DNA of 64,000 nucleotides from the human T2T-CHM13v2.0 reference genome, Homo sapiens. Within the stretch, counting starts at the first letter, position 1; the number at the start of each line of letters is the position of its first letter. A program made the translations under genes and the position numbers. The notes beneath the pieces are model-generated. The model was not told the DNA's origin and searched no databases. It saw only the letters and a program-made list of their open reading frames with translations. Below are positions 57,772 to 64,000 of the stretch, in pieces. The DNA is taken from the NCBI RefSeq assembly GCF_009914755.1, contig NC_060928.1. The stretch is one strand, 5' to 3'.

Positions 57772-58701
57772 CTTCAGTTTCAACCCAGCTTTTTCTGTTC
57801 TATAATAACAAATTTTAAGAACAAATTTATTCATGTATGAGCATTTGCCTTTTTCTGCATTATTTATGGCCTTCTATTCCTAAACAGACTAACAGCATTT
57901 TTTCTGAGCCTTTAATATACTTGGTTATGTCAGTGACTACAGCGGGATTTTATTCTAGAATTTCACATGGTTTTCAAATTGCTTCATTCTGCACAATTTA
58001 GCTCTTTTCATATTTCTCTCAGAACATAGTTAAGGGAATAATAAATTACTTATTTACTTGCTGGACCTCTTTCCATGAAAATACTACAAAAATCCACTAA
58101 ATGGCAAATAAAGTTATGAGCTGAGGGAAGAGGTGATGCCTTAAAGAAGCTGTTTCCTTGAACATGAATAGACTTTATTTTCACCAGTCCCAGAATTAGA
58201 AGTATTTCTCTGTAGTCTGCTAAGAGGTAGAAAGAAAAGAACGATCATCGAAATAAACAGGGTAAAGAGCTGGCCCTGGTACTCACAGGACCACAGGCCT
58301 GGTAAATACTATGTAATTAAATGGGTCTCCTTGGAAGGTTGGGTTGGCTTAGGAAGCACTTCATTATCATGGAGTTTTAAAGTATCTTTCTCTTCTGCTA
58401 AGGTTGTAGAACAGCTTCCTTCTCATAGCCTCAAAACTGAAGACTGTTCAAGCAAAGGTTAGCCATGGCTTTTTTAGAGGATCTGGAATATATATAGAGT
58501 CCTACTCTTTAGATCTCTTTGACAAGAATAAAAAAATACTTCCTGTATAAAGGTCGCCATTTAGATAGTGTTTGTTTTAGCTGACATTGTCATGATTTAT
58601 TCTGTTTTTGTGTGTTGAAACAATTTGTCTCCAAAGTAGCTTTGTTTTTCCAAAAATTGTTTAACTGTGATAGACGTGATAGTTAAACTTTGGTGTTGCA
58701 G

Positions 58702-58927
58702 ATCCTGTGAAGCCACCTGGCAGCTCTTTACAAGCACCAGCTGATTTACCTTTAGCTATAAATACAGCACCACCATCCACCCAGGCAGATTCATCCTCTG
58801 CTACTCTACCTCCTCCATATCAGCTAATCAATGTTCCACCACACCTGGAAACTCTTGGCATTCAGGAGGATCCTCAAGACTACCTGTTGCTCATCAACTG
58901 TCAAAGCAAGAAGCCCGAACCCACCAG
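58702..58927 (+). CDS. GAB1: GAB1 coding exon 3
   Basis: Acceptor ggtgttgcag|ATCCT, donor ACCAG|gtaaat; 226 nt. The phase-1 start matches the exon 2 end (G+AT=Asp). Translates [13 protein letters not shown]...PPPYQLINV...[20 protein letters not shown]. Confidence 0.97.
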
Positions 58928-59298
58928 GTAAATTATATATGCCCATGTGAGAGAGAGACAGAGGCGTGTGTATGTGTGTACACACTGAGATTCTTACCTT
59001 TAAACTTTTTAAATTTCGATTTGCAGGCTTGAAAGAGACCATCTGTATAGGCATATGTTTCAGGCTTTATATTTCAGGTTTACATTCCCCTATTGATTTC
59101 CGATATTCAGGAGATTGTATCGAAGAGACACAATCTCTGCCATCTTTGGCAAAGAGCAGTTTTCCCTACAAGGCTCTTTTGGAAATCTGTCTCCTATTTT
59201 GTAGTCTTTGTTACAGACTCACAGTATTACTTGCTTAACAGATTTCACTGATTTATAAATGGTGATCTTGCTCCATTTCTTATGTGATTGTAAACCAG

Positions 59299-59379
59299 CC
59301 AAGGGTCATCTTTTGTTTCTGAAGAAGGAGAGGAATACCTTCTACTAGAAGATTTTGAAAGCAAAACGATTCCATTGCA
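59299..59379 (+). CDS. GAB1: GAB1 alternative 81-nt cassette exon (adds 27 aa) between exons 3 and 4
   Basis: aaaccag|CCAAGGG...CCATTGCA|gtgagt; 81 nt, phase 2 at both ends, no stop. Reads (S)QGSSFVSEEGEEYLLLEDFESKTIPL(Q). Strong donor, weak pyrimidine tract. Confidence 0.85.
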
Positions 59380-59565
59380 GTGAGTGTGTTGTGGTGGTTT
59401 TGGATCTGTGTGAGAAATTAATCATAAGGTAAAATCCCAATATAGCAAATTCCATGGAATATACAAATTGGATGTTAGTGAAATTTGATCAAATAAATAT
59501 ATTCCTAAAAATTACGAAACTTTTAGTCTTCATATCTAGCAATGAAGCAGAGCTTACCCTAAGCC

Positions 59566-59866
59566 TTTTTATTTATCTTTTTTTTTTTTTTTTTAGGAGA
59601 CAAGGGCTTGCTCTGTTGCCCATGGCTCACTCATAGCTCACTGTAACCCCAAACTCCTGGGCTCAAGTATTCCTTCTGCCTCAGCCCCCAGGTAGCTAGG
59701 ACTTCAGGTGCATGCCATCTGTATGCTGGCTGGCTAATTTTTTCTTTGTAGTGACGAGGTCTCACTATGTTGCCTAGGCTGATCTCAAACTCCTGGCCTC
59801 AAACAGTTCTCTCACCTCAGCCTCCTAAAGCACTGGGATTGCAGGTGTGAGCCACTGCGCTTGGCC
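59566..59866 (-). mobile_element. AluJ
   Basis: Diverged Alu reverse complement with T tract. Confidence 0.9.
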
Positions 59867-61399
59867 TCCCTTTACAAATTTTTAAGTAGAAGTATATGGA
59901 GTGCAGCACTTGACTGAAGGAATGAATCATCAAGCCTGTCCCAAATTCTTGGTTTCTCTACCATCTCCTTCCCTGCCCCCACACCCCTTTCCTCTTCTAA
60001 GCTATAAGGCATTTTAATTGGATCCTCCTTGTTACTTGATGTTGAATAGTTAGAAGAGTTAAGGCAATAAAGAGTCAAGAAGCAGTTGTTTTACTATTTT
60101 TAAAAGGAGCAGAAAAATGATGATTGAGAGGCCAATCTCTGCCATTAGTAGCTATGTGACAATTAGTGATACCAGTCAACTGAGTACATTTTATTTATGT
60201 ATTAATCAGCTAGGGTCTGGATAGAGAGTATATTTCTTTATAGACATGAAAAATGTTTTTTTAAACAAGATTATAATTAAGCATTATTTTATGACAGATT
60301 TTTTTTTAATGTGGAAAATGATTATTACTGGGCTAGGATCAGACAAAGCACTTGTTCAAAAATTTTAATGTAGAATATGTTAAGATTCACGAAATAGTTT
60401 CTGTGAACCATGCCCTGAGATGATGGAAATAGCTCATATTCATTCCAAAGCTGGATTTCTATGTATTTGTTGTAATGGGATTTTACCTGTAAGAGCAGAA
60501 AAAAATTTATAAATCAACATTTGTTAATATCAAATTCTAACTTGATTTTGCTTGTTTGCTGTGAGTATCTAAAATTATACACTGGCAACTTTGTTACCTA
60601 TGCTACTAACTAATATTTTATTTTACAAAAGTTTACAATTATTTTTCATTAGCAACTTTTTAGAAGCCAACAGCCAAGCGACAGTTCTCAGTATATTTTA
60701 TTTTTATATAGTGTATTTCATTGATTTCACTGGTATCACAGCTTTCCTCTTGCAGTACAACTTATGCTCAAAATCATCACCCAGATGTATTTTGCTATCT
60801 ATATTTTGCAAAAGTGACAGTTAAATAGCAAATATTTATGAGGTAACCACTATGTGCCCAATATTATGCTAGGTGCTATGAAGGTACAAACTATATAAGA
60901 TATAGTCTACTCAGATATAGTCACCTTTGGAGTTTACAAGTAAGAGTTGCTAAGAAGTGAAAACATGCAAGCATTAAATATTTAGAGATGAAGATAATAT
61001 ACCAGAGTTGCCTTGCAAACTCTTGTTTGTTCTGCAAGACTTTAGTTAGAATGTGCTCCTCTAGGAAGCATTCCTCTCAAACTCCCAAGTTAGCTTAAAT
61101 ATCTTTCTGGGTTTTTATAGCATCCTGGTTATGCCTTCATATCTTGTTTTATCGCAGTGTTAGAAACGATGTTTTTACTTACTCTTCACTAACTGTAAGC
61201 TAGTCAGAGCAAGGAGCTTTACTTATTACTCATAATTCCTCTAGCTTCTCTTAACTCTGCATTTGAATTAAATGAAGTACAAATTTTAGAATATGCATAG
61301 GTGCATTAGAAATTCCACAAAGGGACAGTGCAAGTGTTTTTAAGATGGAGAAAACAAAAGCTTCATAGGAAGAATGGAATGTGAACTACACCTAGTTGG

Positions 61400-62345
61400 T
61401 GAGAGAAGAAAATCATTAGTAATTTGTGCAAAAATAGCTTGAGGGAAAGGAGAGATGTGAGCAAGCATGGTGGGAGGAAGATAATGAGGAGGAGAGCCTC
61501 TTGAAGAATAGGATGGAGAAGGTGGAGCCAGGTTATTAGTAACCTCAATGTCAAGTGGATTAGTGTGAGGCCTTATAGTTCCCACACCCTGTAGGGGCCC
61601 TTACTAGGTTTTTCTCTTGAATACATGAGTGGTATAACAACTGTGTTTTGAAAATATTGATCTTATAGAAGTCTGGTCCCATGAATAGATTGAAAGAGGC
61701 AGACAGTAGAGGAAATTCCACTAAGGAGAGTTCAGTCATGTAGATCTCAGCAGGGATGGGGACCTGAACTTGGGATGGTGGCAATGGGAATAGAGCAAGG
61801 GAATAAGTACGCGGCTAAGAAGAAGGGCTCGGTGCCTGCGTGACTGGAAATCAAAGAGAAGGAATCAAGCTGATTGAGTTTTAAGCCTGGAGAATCTGGA
61901 TAAAGTCATTTCTTTCAATGCAAGCCAGGAAAAGCAGTCAACTTAAGAAGTAAATGGATTTCTATTTGAGGCCCACAAGCAAGGTAATACTGGAGTAACC
62001 AAGTAGAAATATTAGTTTGAGAATATGGGACTTGGAATTTGGTAAGATGATGGAAGTTGTCAGCATTCAGAGAAGAAAATGAAGTTCTGAAAAAGGAGGA
62101 TGATCTCTAATAGCGTGTATGGTAAAAGGTTAGAGGACTGAACTCTGTTGGCCATTCCCAGGGAGAGAGACGGGAGGAAGGAGCCAGTAAGTGAAACAAG
62201 GAAATAATCAGCAAGGGAGAAGGGTTTTAAGATCTTTTTAAGATGGAGAAAACAAAAGCACAATGTGGCACAATGTGGGTTTTCTGATAGTAAAGGGGGA
62301 GACTTTACAGAGCGTAGTGCCACATGTTACTAAGAAGTCAGGGAA
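61400..62345 (-). mobile_element. Degraded L2 LINE
   Basis: Purine-rich + strand with L2-like motifs (ggtggcaatggga, aaggaatcaagctga..ttttaagcctgg, gaggactgaactct). Confidence 0.5.
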
Positions 62346-63209
62346 GGTAAGCCCTTTAAAAAAAAATCATAGTTATTTAAAGAAATATTGTTTAAATTCC
62401 TACAGGACTTTGGACAACATGCAGAAGTAGTTCAGGTATCTTGTTTAGCATTAAGGAAGTGAGAGTGTGCTTGTGTTGTTAGCTTCATCTTGTCGTATAC
62501 CCAAATTTTGTGATACCTCAAAATGCAGAGACCGAAAATGTTCATAAATGTACTTTAATGAGATTTCTCAAAGTGAGTTATTGTTTGGAGTTGGTTAACT
62601 CTGTATCACGTATTTCGATCCTCTTTATAATGTTGGCTAAATGTTTGTTAAAGAAAAGTAGTGGAAAGGAAGATATATGAAAACAATTAGATGTTACCTT
62701 CTTGTAAGTCACATTGACCTTATTCAATACCAAGTAATCATTAGACTTTTAATTTTACGGAACAACAAATTTGCCGTGGGGAGGTTTAAGACCAATGGAT
62801 CAACTATATAAACTGTACTAGCACTAGGTTTTTGCATGCTCTTCAGAGGAAATGCTTTTCCTTGTGTCTATGCATTAATCATTTACCTTTCCCAGAGTTT
62901 TGTAATGTTTAATTCCAGTGCTTCAGGGATTGTGTTTTTATGTGCAGATTTAATAGGTGGAGTTGGGGGTGTGGGCAGATATAGGACAGAATTAGAGAGA
63001 ATGCTTTTCTTGGTTTTGTGGTGGCGGTTTTGTTGTCTGATGTATAATCATAAAGGCTAAAGAACATTTGTGCTTTAAATCCTATGGATCACACAAAAAA
63101 TCTAATGAGAAAAGCCCTATCTTTTGATTGCTTAGCGATAAACATGTTTATAAAAAATGTATTCTTAGTCTCCACCTTGTTTATTCTGTCATTAACAATT
63201 TTTATTTAG

Positions 63210-63811
63210 AACGCATGCTGATTCTGCAAAATCCACCTCTTCTGAAACAGACTGCAATGATAACGTCCCTTCTCATAAAAATCCTGCTTCCTCCCAGAGC
63301 AAACATGGAATGAATGGCTTTTTTCAGCAGCAAATGATATACGACTCTCCACCTTCACGTGCCCCATCTGCTTCAGTTGACTCCAGCCTTTATAACCTGC
63401 CCAGGAGTTATTCCCATGATGTTTTACCAAAGGTGTCTCCATCAAGTACTGAAGCAGATGGAGAACTCTATGTTTTTAATACCCCATCTGGGACATCGAG
63501 TGTAGAGACTCAAATGAGGCATGTATCTATTAGTTATGACATTCCTCCAACACCTGGTAATACTTATCAGATTCCACGAACATTTCCAGAAGGAACCTTG
63601 GGACAGACATCAAAGCTAGACACTATTCCAGATATTCCTCCACCTCGGCCACCGAAACCACATCCAGCTCATGACCGATCTCCTGTGGAAACGTGTAGTA
63701 TCCCACGCACCGCCTCAGACACTGACAGTAGTTACTGTATCCCTACAGCAGGGATGTCGCCTTCACGTAGTAATACCATTTCCACTGTGGATTTAAACAA
63801 ATTGCGAAAAG
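63210..63811 (+). CDS. GAB1: GAB1 coding exon 4 (YxxP Crk-type sites, Grb2 SH3-binding PPPRPPKP)
   Basis: Acceptor tttatttag|AACG, donor AAAG|gtcagc; 602 nt. The phase-2 start fits exon 3 (AG+A=Arg). Contains YDSP, YNLP, YDIP, YQIP, YCIP and PPPRPPKP. Confidence 0.97.
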
Positions 63812-64000
63812 GTCAGCTCTAGTTGACTTCTTCTCTATTAGAGGTTAATGATAGAAAATCGATTTTTCTGAATATTTGTTCTTTTAAGCGTAGTTAAATA
63901 TACTATGCTACAAAATACAGTCCATTTTTTTCCAGCTCTACAGCTACCTGGAAGGGTATATTGCATTCATGCTCTGCTGGAAGGGAAAAAGAGTTGGAGT

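Noticed and set aside
58966-59238. 90-aa ORF in intron 3 as another exon
   Set aside because: No convincing phase-compatible splice pair or protein-like motif, unlike the 59299-59379 exon.
63310-63822. Stand-alone 170-aa gene starting MNGFF
   Set aside because: It is the internal part of GAB1 exon 4; the frame extends upstream to the acceptor at 63210 and leaves at the donor after 63811.

Overview
This is eukaryotic, anthropoid-primate DNA (Alus, MER85), not a prokaryotic locus. The exon translations match human GAB1 as I recall the protein. The window lies wholly inside GAB1 (GRB2-associated binder 1, + strand). It covers the distal ~40.7 kb of intron 1, exon 2 (PH domain, 40706-41000), exon 3 (58702-58927) and exon 4 (63210-63811), all with GT-AG boundaries and consistent phases. 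The most notable item missing from the ORF track is an 81-nt frame-preserving cassette exon (59299-59379) between exons 3 and 4. It repeats the exon-3 'acidic-YLLL..SK' tyrosine motif and is followed by a GU-rich tract; it matches my recollection of a striated-muscle Gab1 isoform. Other items are a candidate internal promoter/first exon in intron 1 (PH-less GAB1 from Met104), a full-length sense RPSA processed pseudogene abutting an Alu tail, an antisense MER61-type ERV1 provirus with nested L1 and Alu, a MER85 piggyBac MITE with TTAT flanks, a nested transposon cluster, and several small duplication or templated-insertion scars. Nearly all other ORFs in the track appear spurious. I see no evidence of a new multi-gene system. 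Repeat family names come from memory of consensus sequences, not from a database search, and repeat boundaries are approximate.
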